A DNA stretch of 64,000 bases from an uncultured delta proteobacterium (GCA_963727625.1 CAVSHR010000004.1:1152001-1216000); one strand, 5' to 3'; counted from the first letter of the stretch, positions 20,329 to 30,409 are shown. Notes: a model not told the origin generated them from the letters alone. Program-made: numbers and translations.

Positions 20329-21377
20329 CGTTTATGACGCCGCTTTCATCTTACTTGTTTCCGCCTGCACCAAGGGGCGGTACTTGTCGCAAAGTTTCGT
20401 CCATCCCTCAGCCTTCTTCTTAGCCCGCTCAAGAGCACTCTCTGAAAACTTTACGATCGGTGTTCGGGCCGGCCCTGGCTTCACGTAGCCGGCAAACTCG
20501 ATCGGAAGCTTAGCGGTGGCTCCCTCATTTCCGCCAGGCCGTTCCCCACCGGCCGCACTCATGATTTCAGTAATCACCTGGAGCGCTTCGTGATCTTTCC
20601 CCGCCCGCACCAGATTTCGTAGATGAAGCACCGGCCACGGTCCCATCCAAGCATCGATCGACCAGCAACCCGACGATCCCATTCTATAATAGGGAAACAT
20701 CTGGGCTTGATTGGTCATGACGCTGATTTTACCGCGGATGATTCCCATCAGCCGGACAAACTCCCGTGTGTCGCGGTGGCTGTCCTTCATACCTATGATG
20801 TTCGGATATTTCACCAGCCTGGGGAACACCGAGACGGGAATTTTGACCTTATGATTGACAGGGTTGTGGTAGATCAAAATTCCTAGCTTGGGAAACATTT
20901 CGGCGATCTGCGAGTAGAAGTCGGCAATATAGTCCGGAGATTGAGCATCATAGTATGGCACGCCAAGCAACGTGCCGTCGCCCCCGATGTCTTGAACGAA
21001 TTTGAGCCGTTGGACCACTTCCCGGGCGTTGGCACTCGTGCTGCCGATAAAGACCGGTACGCGTTTCTTGGCAGCCTCCACCGTGGCGGACGCAATCGTC
21101 TTATATTCGTCCCAAAACACGTTGTAGCATTCGCCGAAGCTTCCCGTCGTCGTAATCACATCGACACCGTCTTTAATCATGCGGTCCACCCCGGCCTGCA
21201 GATTATCAACGGCAACCGTCGATGTCGCATTGAGATCGCCGGCGTCGTCCGTTGAGAATGACGGCATCATCGCCATCACCCCTTGCACATCTTTCGCTGT
21301 TACCATTGCGCTCCTCCTATAAACTTAAACTTGGTCGACCAGCTCCGACTTACCACCGTGTCGTTCAATTGGTCAAC
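20329..21377. repeat. 1049-bp direct repeat, copy 2
   Basis: Offset 11449 bp from copy 1. Confidence 0.97.
20332..21306 (-). CDS. NahE/PhdJ-like hydratase-aldolase, copy 2
   Basis: Identical to 8883-9857 except one V/M change near the C-terminus. Confidence 0.85.
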   Translation of the reverse strand: MVTAKDVQGVMAMMPSFSTDDAGDLNATSTVAVDNLQAGVDRMIKDGVDVITTTGSFGECYNVFWDEYKTIASATVEAAKKRVPVFIGSTSANAREVVQRLKFVQDIGGDGTLLGVPYYDAQSPDYIADFYSQIAEMFPKLGILIYHNPVNHKVKIPVSVFPRLVKYPNIIGMKDSHRDTREFVRLMGIIRGKISVMTNQAQMFPYYRMGSSGCWSIDAWMGPWPVLHLRNLVRAGKDHEALQVITEIMSAAGGERPGGNEGATAKLPIEFAGYVKPGPARTPIVKFSESALERAKKKAEGWTKLCDKYRPLVQAETSKMKAAS

Positions 21378-22017
21378 GAATAGCTAAATAAAATTTTCGA
21401 CCATCCTTGGCACGGAAACAAAAATTTTAATCAATCGGCGGTAGTTTGAGAAACCGATCGAAAACGCCAGAAACGACTATTTGACTTGCTTCGACACAAC
21501 CGGCACGACACGGTCCTTGTCGCACAAGTCATTGCACGAAATCTGCGGGCGTTCTCAACCGACCTTCAAGCTCCCCGGGAATTTAATTCGCGGTGCCTCG
21601 CGGGAACCCACATGAGTTGAAAATTAAGTATGCACGACCACCGTTATGTCAAAAACCATAACTGTTGAATCGAAGGATTCGAGTGCTTGTCCCCCGTAGA
21701 AACTGGTACCGCCATAGACAAGGCATAAATCTTCGAGCAACTAACCGTCGCGCCCATTTACCAAGCTTGATCGGCTTGATGCGCCGTCCCTAACTTTATT
21801 GGAACTCGGAGCGTCTCTCGCACCGGGGTCGACTCAAAGTGACCATCGGCTGAAAACAATCGGTAACAACGTGCCCTGTGTTACGTCTCGAAACTTAGGC
21901 TTAGCACCAGTTTGAGCGTTCCGTCAACCCGTCGTTTGCCGGAAAAAGCGCAAAGTTAGGTTTGTAAGCGACAGCGAAATCGTTGTATAAAAGTAAAAAA
22001 CTTCTCAGGAGGATTTA

Positions 22018-23040
22018 ATGAGCAAACCAGCGAGTAATAACCAAGCTGATCGCGAACGGCTCCACGAGAAGTTTGCTCAATTGGGGCTTCGTGGTTATTG
22101 GCAAAATCGGCGCGAGAGCCAGCGCATGGAGCCTAAGCTATGGCGTTGGAATGAAATATATCCGGTCCTAATGGAAGCAACTGAAGTCATAAGAATCGGT
22201 CCCGATGCCTTTCGTCGCAACGTTGGCCTACAAACTGGCAGCAAGACACTAGCCATGGGATTTCAGATTGTGCTTCCGGGCGAAACCGCCGCGGCTCATC
22301 GCCATGCCAACACGGCTCTGCGCTTTGTTGTAAGTGGCGGTGGAGCCTATACGACCTCCAACGGAGAGCCAATGTTCATGGAACCGGGCGATCTGCTCAT
22401 TCAGCCAAACTGGGTGTGGCACGATCACGTGAACGATTCGAAAAAACCGATTATTTGGATCGACGCGCTTGACGCCGGTGTCGTGAGCTTTCTAGACGCT
22501 TCGGGTTTCCGTGAAGAATGGAGCGAAGGAAAGCAGCAACCGCTGACCAAAGCCAACGGGGCATCACGCCGCCTTTACGGTCCAGCACGCCATCCCCACA
22601 CCGAATACGAGGGCGCTGCCGGGGTCCCCTATCAGTACAAGTGGAGCGAGTCGTGCGAAGCATTAAAGGAGCTTGTCGACCAAGGCTTCAACGATCCCTA
22701 TGATGGTTTTTATCTCGAATACAAGAATCCCATCGACGGCGGGCACACATTTCTGACGATGACCTGTCATTTGCAGATGCTGCAGCCCGGCCAAGAGACT
22801 CGGTTTCATCGCCACACCGGAACCGTGTTGTATCACACGGTTCAGGGTCGCGGCGTAACCATGGTCGATAAGGTTAACACCGCAGAGCTGCAGTGGGATG
22901 AACACGATAGTTTCAGTCTACCGCCCTGGCGCTGGCATGCCCACAAGAACCTCTCGGATAAAGAACCCGCGATTCTCTTTTCGGTCAGCGACAGCCCGTT
23001 ACTGAAAATGACCGGCCTGGAACGGCAAGAGGCTGAGTGA
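22018..23040 (+). CDS. Bicupin ring-cleavage dioxygenase, gentisate 1,2-dioxygenase family (paralog 2)
   Basis: AAAHRHANTALRF, PNWVWHDH, WIDALD, EYKNPIDGG; RBS AGGAGG. Confidence 0.9.
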   Translation: MSKPASNNQADRERLHEKFAQLGLRGYWQNRRESQRMEPKLWRWNEIYPVLMEATEVIRIGPDAFRRNVGLQTGSKTLAMGFQIVLPGETAAAHRHANTALRFVVSGGGAYTTSNGEPMFMEPGDLLIQPNWVWHDHVNDSKKPIIWIDALDAGVVSFLDASGFREEWSEGKQQPLTKANGASRRLYGPARHPHTEYEGAAGVPYQYKWSESCEALKELVDQGFNDPYDGFYLEYKNPIDGGHTFLTMTCHLQMLQPGQETRFHRHTGTVLYHTVQGRGVTMVDKVNTAELQWDEHDSFSLPPWRWHAHKNLSDKEPAILFSVSDSPLLKMTGLERQEAE

Positions 23041-23095
23041 AACCGGTCCTTTTAGAGATGCTGGTTCTGGACTACTCAAAGTAGTATTGACGCAT

Positions 23096-24865
23096 CTAAT
23101 GGGTCACGGTACGGGTAATCCACTTGCGCCCCGCGGCCACAAATATCAGGTTAAAAACAACGAGAAAAACCAACATCGCCGCCGATGCGTTGAAGTGGCC
23201 GCCCACGAAGGTCTCATAAATGATATTAGCGACCACGACGCTTCCGGCAGAAGCCAAGAGTAAAGCAACGGAAAAATCTTTCGCTGCATGAACCAACACC
23301 CAGAGCCAGCCAGTTAAAAATGCAGGGACCAGCAACCTAAGCGTGATGCGAATGAAGGTTTGCAGATTGCCCGCCCCGCTCGTGTGGGATACCTCTTCCA
23401 GCTCGCGGTGGATTTGCAACAGCGCCACATGCATCAATCTCGTGCCAAAAGCAAGATAACGGGCAATAAAAGCGAGGGTCAGCAGCAAAAGCGTACCTTG
23501 GATCGGCGTACCGATAAACATTAAAAATAGTGCCAGAGTGGAAATAATGCCGGGAATAGCCAGCGGCGTGAAAGCAACCGTGTTAATTGTGTCAGATAAT
23601 CGGCCGGGGCTACGTACCACGAGCCATGCTATGAAGCTCACCAACACCATCGTCGCCGTGGCGGCCCCGATCGAGACTATGACTGTGTTTACGAAAAACC
23701 TTCCAAAAAAACGATAGTCAAACAGCTGCTCGTAGTTGTACAGAGTCCAATTCATATCGGCAAAATATTCACGCACCGGCGGCACATAAAAGCGCAAGAA
23801 GCTAGCATAGATCAGTACCGCAAACGGTAACACTACTTTGATAGCGATAAATAGGCAGATAAATGCCAGCGCCACGTACTTCCACCGACCCAGAGGAATA
23901 AGCCGGGGACGGTATCCTTTACCGGTGATTATCGCATAATGGGAAGCCTGGCGTATAAGGCGTAGGTAAAGCATGATGCCAAAAATGCCCATCGCTAGCC
24001 CCAACATACCGAAAGCCGCAGGCACTCCGTAATTCACACCTAGATCTGCGGTGGGGATGAGACTGAAATAAATCCTGGTGGAGAGCAAATCAATTCCGGC
24101 AGTCGGACCAAGCGCTAGGGGAATCTCCAGGGACTCCAGGCCCGTGAGAAAAAAATAAATCGCGACGGCTGCAACTCCCGGTCGCATTAGCGGCGACGTG
24201 ATTGTTCTGAGTACTTGCCAGCGGCTCGCGCCGGAGGCCAAAGCGGCGTCCTCAAGGCCCGGATCCATCTGACGCAACACGGCGGTAAGAAACAGCCACA
24301 TGGTCGGCACGATACCAAGGACATGGACGAAGATAAGCCCTTCCATGCTATAAATATTGAAGGGTCCCTCTGCTGCGTCGCTGCCGAAAAGAAACCTTAG
24401 ATAGACGTTTATGGTACCCCCGCGGGGGCCAAGCAATAATACCCAGCCCAATGCTGTCGCGAAGATCGGCGTGCTCATCGGAATGAACATCAGCACGTAC
24501 ATGGCATTTCTACACGGCATGTCGGTGCGCTCTGTTAGAAATGCAAAGCCGAAAGCAATGGGTAGGGCAAAAACTACACCCAGCCCGGCGTAAAGCAGCG
24601 TGTTGCGAATTATTGCCCAAGAATCCACGCCGCCGTAGGCCTGCACATACGGAGCAAAGGTGTAAGTGCCTTCGGCCATAGGAAGAACTCCCGCAGGCCG
24701 GAAACTGGCAAGAAACATGAAAAGCAAGGGGATAAGAACCAGCACGGACAGTATCACGAGAACGACAAGGGCACCTACCCGGCGGAATTCAAAGACTTGG
24801 GCAAGCGAGATCCATCCTGGATTCCTAGTTGCAGAAGTGCTTACGAAGGTTTCAGAAGAACCCAT
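23096..24865 (-). CDS. Fe3+-type ABC transporter permease (FbpB-like), paralog 2
   Basis: ERTDMP, LEDAALASGAS, ITGKGYRPR, LEEVSHTSGAG. Confidence 0.9.
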   Translation of the reverse strand: MGSSETFVSTSATRNPGWISLAQVFEFRRVGALVVLVILSVLVLIPLLFMFLASFRPAGVLPMAEGTYTFAPYVQAYGGVDSWAIIRNTLLYAGLGVVFALPIAFGFAFLTERTDMPCRNAMYVLMFIPMSTPIFATALGWVLLLGPRGGTINVYLRFLFGSDAAEGPFNIYSMEGLIFVHVLGIVPTMWLFLTAVLRQMDPGLEDAALASGASRWQVLRTITSPLMRPGVAAVAIYFFLTGLESLEIPLALGPTAGIDLLSTRIYFSLIPTADLGVNYGVPAAFGMLGLAMGIFGIMLYLRLIRQASHYAIITGKGYRPRLIPLGRWKYVALAFICLFIAIKVVLPFAVLIYASFLRFYVPPVREYFADMNWTLYNYEQLFDYRFFGRFFVNTVIVSIGAATATMVLVSFIAWLVVRSPGRLSDTINTVAFTPLAIPGIISTLALFLMFIGTPIQGTLLLLTLAFIARYLAFGTRLMHVALLQIHRELEEVSHTSGAGNLQTFIRITLRLLVPAFLTGWLWVLVHAAKDFSVALLLASAGSVVVANIIYETFVGGHFNASAAMLVFLVVFNLIFVAAGRKWITRTVTH

Positions 24866-24979
24866 CGTGCCTCGCTAAATCTCGTTACTGGTAAAATCAA
24901 GAAAATCCCGCAGTGGATAATTCGAACTCACATATTCAAAGGTTGGCGCAGATACCTAGCTATCCGTGGCACCTGCCAG

Positions 24980-25112
24980 CAGACTGCTGAAAAATTTTCT
25001 AAGAGTCCTTCAACGATGCTCAGGAGGAACGGGGGTGTATTAATTCCATGGATGTTTTTCCGTTCATGCTGAGGTCCTCAAAGCATTCCTAACCTTTTTT
25101 TTCAGCAGCCTG
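24980..25112. mobile_element. 133-bp MITE-like element with terminal inverted repeats and a CCAG target duplication
   Basis: CAGACTGCTGAAAAA ... TTTTTCAGCAGCCTG, flanked by CCAG at 24976-24979 and 25113-25116; internal imperfect inverted pair CTCAGGAGGAACGG / CCGTTCATGCTGAG. Confidence 0.75.
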
Positions 25113-25176
25113 CCAGTGCTAAGCCATTTCACGCCTATGCTTTGCATCCCATCCCCTTGGTCCTACAGCACACCCT

Positions 25177-26322
25177 TTAGCGTTTAATCTTCTTCTTGCT
25201 CGTTACTCCCGCCTTCAGGGCCTTAATCGCGATTTTTCGATATCCACTCGCCTTTTTAGATTCTTCCTCCGTCTTTGGTCCAACGACCTGATCCCGCGAC
25301 GTGATACCATTTTCTCTTGCAAGCCGAACCAGCGGAAGATATTTTTCTTCCTCCTCGTAAAACCTAAACACGCCGCCTCCGGTAATCTTGGCTTCGGTAT
25401 AATTGCCGTCAAAAACATCCCATGCCCAGTAAAGCGCGGTCATGTTGGGATCATTAACGGCGGGAGTAACGAGGCATGAAACGGTGAAATTCCCGGTGAC
25501 AAGATCGCCAAAGGCCACATCGACGGGTGCACCCAGCGCCTTCTGTTGCACAACCGTAGTCATAGACGCAACACCAATATCCGCTTCCCCCTGCACCAAT
25601 GCTTGCAGCACTCCTGTGGTTCCGCCGGATACCAGTTTGGCGCCGTTAGCACCCAAATTGTGAGCAAAAACACGCATGCGCTCGACATCCCAGCCGGGAG
25701 CAAAGGGCAATGCGAAAAGCCCCAAAGCGCGCACGTCCCAGACAACCCGATTCCTCCATTTATCAGCGGTTAAATCTTCGAGCTTGATTCCCTTCAAGTC
25801 GGCCTTTTTGACTCTGTGCGTGTTGTAGGCCAACGACCAACTGCCCATGCCCATCTGCATACAGTGATCGCTGAGCACCGCACCGCCCGGGCCACCGCTG
25901 ATGGGCGGCACCGCCTCACGAAGTTTCTTGGCCAGGGGCCAGCCCTGGTAAACCGCCTCCCAGGGCGGTCGCCGTGTGTTGCCCGCTTTGAACATGCCTA
26001 AAATCAGCGGCGTACCCCCGTCCCACATATCCACAATTCCGCGCCCCGTTTTCGCTGATTCTATGATTTTTACGGGAACATCCCGATGATGACCCGGTTG
26101 ATTTTCCAACCTTACGGGAAATCCGAAACGCTTTTCAAAGGCTTTTTCCTTTGCCCTAATAATCTCTGGCGCGACACCTTCCTGGGTCAATGTAATCTTA
26201 TGGTTGGAGGCCTTGGCTTTCGAGATTAAATCTTCCAGCGTTTGGGACATATCCGCGCTCCGCGCTAGTCCTGCAAAGGCAAAAAAGGCCATCACCAAAA
26301 CTAAATTAAATCCGTAAATCAT
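25177..26322 (-). CDS. ABC transporter extracellular solute-binding protein (divergent)
   Basis: Signal peptide, LAYNTHRV, EDLTADKWRNRV, LVQGEADIGV; directly upstream of a permease; RBS GGAGGA. Confidence 0.75.
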   Translation of the reverse strand: MIYGFNLVLVMAFFAFAGLARSADMSQTLEDLISKAKASNHKITLTQEGVAPEIIRAKEKAFEKRFGFPVRLENQPGHHRDVPVKIIESAKTGRGIVDMWDGGTPLILGMFKAGNTRRPPWEAVYQGWPLAKKLREAVPPISGGPGGAVLSDHCMQMGMGSWSLAYNTHRVKKADLKGIKLEDLTADKWRNRVVWDVRALGLFALPFAPGWDVERMRVFAHNLGANGAKLVSGGTTGVLQALVQGEADIGVASMTTVVQQKALGAPVDVAFGDLVTGNFTVSCLVTPAVNDPNMTALYWAWDVFDGNYTEAKITGGGVFRFYEEEEKYLPLVRLARENGITSRDQVVGPKTEEESKKASGYRKIAIKALKAGVTSKKKIKR

Positions 26323-26419
26323 CGTCGTTTTTCCTCCGAATAAAACCTTTAAAAAGTTACTAATCAATCGCCGTCAGACCTTAACGCGTTCAATTCCGTC
26401 GACAAATTCTTCCATTCCT

Positions 26420-27652
26420 CTAAGCCACGACTCTCGACTCGACAGTGGAAGCTTCCCGCCCTTTCATCGCCTGCCCATATTTGTCCAAATCCGCGATGGG
26501 ATCGAGATTAAAAAATCTTATCGCGTTTCCGGCAAGCATTTTCTGGCGCTCCTCTTCGTTGACGCCTCCAAATGTTTCTTTAATCACCTCCTGCGAATGC
26601 GGCCAGTCACCCGTGGCATGAGCGAAGTCACTGCCCCAGAGCAAAATATCCACCCCGATCTCGTTACGGCATTTCACGCCCCATGGGTCGCGCATGAAGC
26701 CCCATTGGCAGTTTTCTTTGAGATACTCACTGGGCTTCCGGGCGGGCGCTTTGAATCCAAAATCGCGTTCGCCCCAATAGCGATTGCGCTCGTGGTTGTC
26801 GTCGATCTGATCGAAACAGTAGGGCAACCAGCCGCATTGGCTTTCCGCCCAATAGATCTCGAGAGTCGGAAAGCGGTCGAAGACGCCCGCCATTGCCATC
26901 TGCAACGCGGCAATAGGTTGATCTCCGGCAAATCGACACATTAGCGAAACAGGATCACGGTCTGTCTTATCTCGTGGAGTTTTAGGGTACACAAAGAGTG
27001 GCCCTTTTGTACCTAACCGCGTTGTTCCGCCGAAAGTATGCGATGAAATCGGCATTTTCATTTCGAGCGCTGCATGCCAAAATTTGTCGTCCTCGGGCGT
27101 GACATAGGACTTACCACTCGGGAAGCGGTGCAGGTTGATGCCTTTCAAACCAATTCTGGCGCAATACTCCATTTCCGCGATCGCGTCGTCGACACCGGTA
27201 TCGGGAATAATCCCCATGCCGATCAAGCGGTAGGGATTATAAGCGCAGTACTCTTCACCGAGCCATTCGTTATACGCACGAATGACTGCTTTGTAGGCGT
27301 CGTCATCGCTGATACCGCGCCAAAATAACGCATAACTACCGTGGGAATAGAGCACCTCGGCGTCAACGCCGTCCTGATCTTGTTCCCACAGCCGTTGCTC
27401 TGGAGTTCCGGTGCCCGGACCCTCGAACCAATATTTTTGCAGTCCGTGTTTCTGATAAGGAATTCCAGTAATTGTTGTCGCGCCTGGACTGCGTGCAGGG
27501 CGGTTCTCAACTATGATGCCTTCGTTGCCATTGGCAAGAATTACAGTGCGGGGTGCGCGGTCGCGCCATCGCTTTGGCACCCGCGCTGTCCAGCGCTCGG
27601 GGCGAATATCGAGGTGCGAATCCCCAGAAATACATTTGTAGTAACGCGGCAT
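26420..27652 (-). CDS. Amidohydrolase_2 family protein (paralog 5)
   Basis: ISGDSH, QDQDGVDAEVLY, WGSDFAHATGDWP; close paralog of 11425-12624. Confidence 0.92.
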   Translation of the reverse strand: MPRYYKCISGDSHLDIRPERWTARVPKRWRDRAPRTVILANGNEGIIVENRPARSPGATTITGIPYQKHGLQKYWFEGPGTGTPEQRLWEQDQDGVDAEVLYSHGSYALFWRGISDDDAYKAVIRAYNEWLGEEYCAYNPYRLIGMGIIPDTGVDDAIAEMEYCARIGLKGINLHRFPSGKSYVTPEDDKFWHAALEMKMPISSHTFGGTTRLGTKGPLFVYPKTPRDKTDRDPVSLMCRFAGDQPIAALQMAMAGVFDRFPTLEIYWAESQCGWLPYCFDQIDDNHERNRYWGERDFGFKAPARKPSEYLKENCQWGFMRDPWGVKCRNEIGVDILLWGSDFAHATGDWPHSQEVIKETFGGVNEEERQKMLAGNAIRFFNLDPIADLDKYGQAMKGREASTVESRVVA

Positions 27653-27857
27653 AAAGGTTTCCTCCTGATCTAGCGAAATCTCGAACGGGCCGATGTTAAA
27701 GTTTTCTTAGCGATATTCTTTTGACCGGGGGCAACCACATCGTCGGTCCAATCCTCTGGACAATTCGATTTTGCACCCCGTTCCTTCGCTAAAAAGGCTA
27801 TGCCACCGCATTGTGGCGCTGGCAGGATCGCATTTCGATGCAATTCGTCGCAGGGAG

Positions 27858-28910
27858 TCATGAGCCCTGCTCCCGGTAAAGCCTCGTGGCCTGTAACAGC
27901 GGCCGATCGCTCACCGAGAACAAAATTGCCGGCGCAGTAGTAGAATCATTCTTGAAACCATGCCACTGCCACGAGGGAACGATGAAGCAATCGCGTTCAC
28001 CCCACCGAAGGGCTTGCTCTTCGCCTTTGTTTTGACCCACTCTGGCCAAGCCAGCACCGCGTACCACGTGATAGATTGTATTGCTGGTATGCCGATGACT
28101 TCGAGTTTCTTCTCCGGGACGAAGCATTTGTATCCGGCAACCGAGCGTTTCTGTGGTGGGCCCGCCGCTTATCGGATTGATGTAATCAAGGATCACGCCG
28201 TCGTAGGGATCGACCTCGTTGGCGACCGCTAAAGTGTTGAGCGTATCTATGGTGTCTTTCCAACAATACTTAACTGGATATCTCCCCTCCCCTTCCGAGG
28301 ACCTCGCGCGCAGCGTAACCATTCGTCTCATGTGGTAGCCGTCGGGCTTTGTGAAAGGCTGCAAAAAGCCATCCGGGTACTTTTCGCGAAAGTAAGCTTC
28401 GAGGAACTCATTGAGCGGCGTGTCCATGGAAGTGAGCCAAATTGCCGGCTCGTTGCCGTTATTTTTCGTCCCGTGCCAGGTCCAGCTTGGCTGAATCAAT
28501 AGATCACCGGGTTCCATGAATTGCTGCTCACCTTCAGCCGTGGTGAAGCAACTCTTTCCTTGAATGACAAAATACAACGACGCAGAGGTATGACGATGCG
28601 ATTCCGTGATTTCGCCACAATTGAGGTGTTGAATGGTTACACCGAATGTTTTTGCTGTGCCGACAGCGACAGGTTGCGACGGGTTCACCAATCGAATCGT
28701 CCGCATCCGCATGACGTCGTCGAGGGGGATCAATTCCCCGGCCTCGAGTAAATTGGAATCAATATCGCGCCAGCGCCATAACCACGGTTTTACAGGTTTC
28801 TCTTTTTCTTTCGGTTCCCTTTGCCACGCGCCCCGCAGGGCGGCGTTTTTTAATCGCGAATTCAACTCATCCCGCCGCTTGTCACCGTCGGCGGGCATAG
28901 CCTTTACCAT
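27858..28910 (-). CDS. Bicupin ring-cleavage dioxygenase, gentisate 1,2-dioxygenase family (paralog 3)
   Basis: RTIRLVNP, ESHRHTSASLYF, SWTWH, DYINPISGG, RSHRHT; RBS AAGGAG. Confidence 0.88.
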   Translation of the reverse strand: MVKAMPADGDKRRDELNSRLKNAALRGAWQREPKEKEKPVKPWLWRWRDIDSNLLEAGELIPLDDVMRMRTIRLVNPSQPVAVGTAKTFGVTIQHLNCGEITESHRHTSASLYFVIQGKSCFTTAEGEQQFMEPGDLLIQPSWTWHGTKNNGNEPAIWLTSMDTPLNEFLEAYFREKYPDGFLQPFTKPDGYHMRRMVTLRARSSEGEGRYPVKYCWKDTIDTLNTLAVANEVDPYDGVILDYINPISGGPTTETLGCRIQMLRPGEETRSHRHTSNTIYHVVRGAGLARVGQNKGEEQALRWGERDCFIVPSWQWHGFKNDSTTAPAILFSVSDRPLLQATRLYREQGS

Positions 28911-29190
28911 AAATAGTCTCCTTAAGCAGGCGCCATCTCATAAACATCACCAAAGAAGAACTTCACCCGAAAATTCAAAGCGTTGTTCCACACTTCCCCC
29001 CTATTTTAAAAGCACACGCCTTGTCAAATAAAAAAGTAAATTTCCACCGCCACCTCGAAGAATTATAAACACCAGCGGACGAGAGCGCGTTGCGGCCTAC
29101 GGGCGAGCTTATCAAAAGAAAATCCGAAGTTTGTAATCGCTGTGAATCCCAATGCGTGAAATCAAGAGTATCACAAGGAGTCGTTCCTAA

Positions 29191-30409
29191 GGAACCTCTG
29201 AATAACCGCATTGGAAGTTTGGTAGTTGGGATAGATTATTTTTTTCGAAACGGGTGACGAGTTTTCGAATTTGCATCAGATTGAATTTTGCTCCCGTGGT
29301 TAATATCGGCCCTTAGTTATACCTCGATTCCAATTGCGGTGCCCGCTGTTCGAATCGCTCGCGCGCTTGTCAGGCTACGCCAACAAGGCGTGGCGGACCT
29401 TGTATAGATTGGCGAGCGCAAACAGCGTAAAAACCTGCGCCGTATTCTTTGTTAACCCTCGGTAGCGGACCTTCACATATCCGAACTGCTGTTTAACCAC
29501 CCGAAACGGATGCTCCACCTTGGCCCGTATGCTCGATAGCTTTCTGTTCCTGCGCTTTTGCTTGTGGCTCAATCGCTTTTTGCTCTTGGCCTTGTCCAAC
29601 ACGCCCTAGAATAATCCCGTCTTTCGCGCTGACCGCGTGTCCTCGTCGCTGAAATACCCGTTGTCGCCAAACACCGCTTTCTCTTCTCCATGAAGGAGCG
29701 CTTCCTTCTCCTGCTTATCATGCACACTGGCCGAGGTCACTTTGACCGTGTGCACCAAGCCGCTCTGACTGTCCGTTCCTGTGTGCACCTTCATGCCAAA
29801 GTGATAGTCATTGCCCTTCTTGGTCGAACTCATTTTCCCGTCACGTTTCTTGTCCTTGTTCTTGGTCGAGGACGGCACAGCAATCAGCGTGGCATCTACG
29901 AGTGCCCCTTGTCTGAGCAAAAGCTTTTTCTCGCTCAAATACTCGTTGACCTCTTCCAACAGCTTTTCGGTCAACTGATGCTTTCCAGCAAGTGGCGAAA
30001 GTTTAATATCCTGGTCTCATCGGGGATCTCTTCTTCTCCCAACTCGATCCCGGCAAATCGCCGCACCGACTTGATGTCATACAACGCTTCTTCCATGCCG
30101 GGATCGGATAACCCGTACCACTGCTGCACAAAGTATATCCGTACCATCCGTTCCAACGGCATCGGTCGTCGTCCGTTGCCGGCTTTGGGATAATGCGGCT
30201 CGATCAAGCCCAGCATTTTATCCCACGGCACTACGCGATCCATCTCGGACAAAAACTTGTCTCGCTTGGTTTGCTTTTTCTTTCTCGCCCACACCAAACT
30301 CGCAAACGTTGTCTGCACCTCCACGCTCTTTCCTCCTCCAACTTTGTTGTCCTGACCGCTTTTCCATATTAGATTAGACGACTATGCGGAGAACTTGTTC
30401 AGAGATTCC
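29191..30409 (-). mobile_element. IS5-family insertion sequence (1219 bp), inactive
   Basis: Terminal IRs GGAACCTCTGAATAAC (29191) and, as reverse complement, GGAATCTCTGAACAAG (ending 30409); flanks CTAA / TTAA fit the YTAR-type target. Confidence 0.9.
29375..30324 (-). pseudogene. IS5-family DDE transposase, disrupted by a frameshift (~29980) and an internal stop (29606)
   Basis: Three fragments carry QQWYGLSDPGMEEALYD, IPDETRILNFRHLLE, VDATLI, HFGMKVH and [25 protein letters not shown]. Confidence 0.93.

Noticed and set aside
29606-29990. Programmed frameshift in the IS5 transposase
   Set aside because: There is also an in-frame stop and no clear slippery site; decay is the simpler explanation
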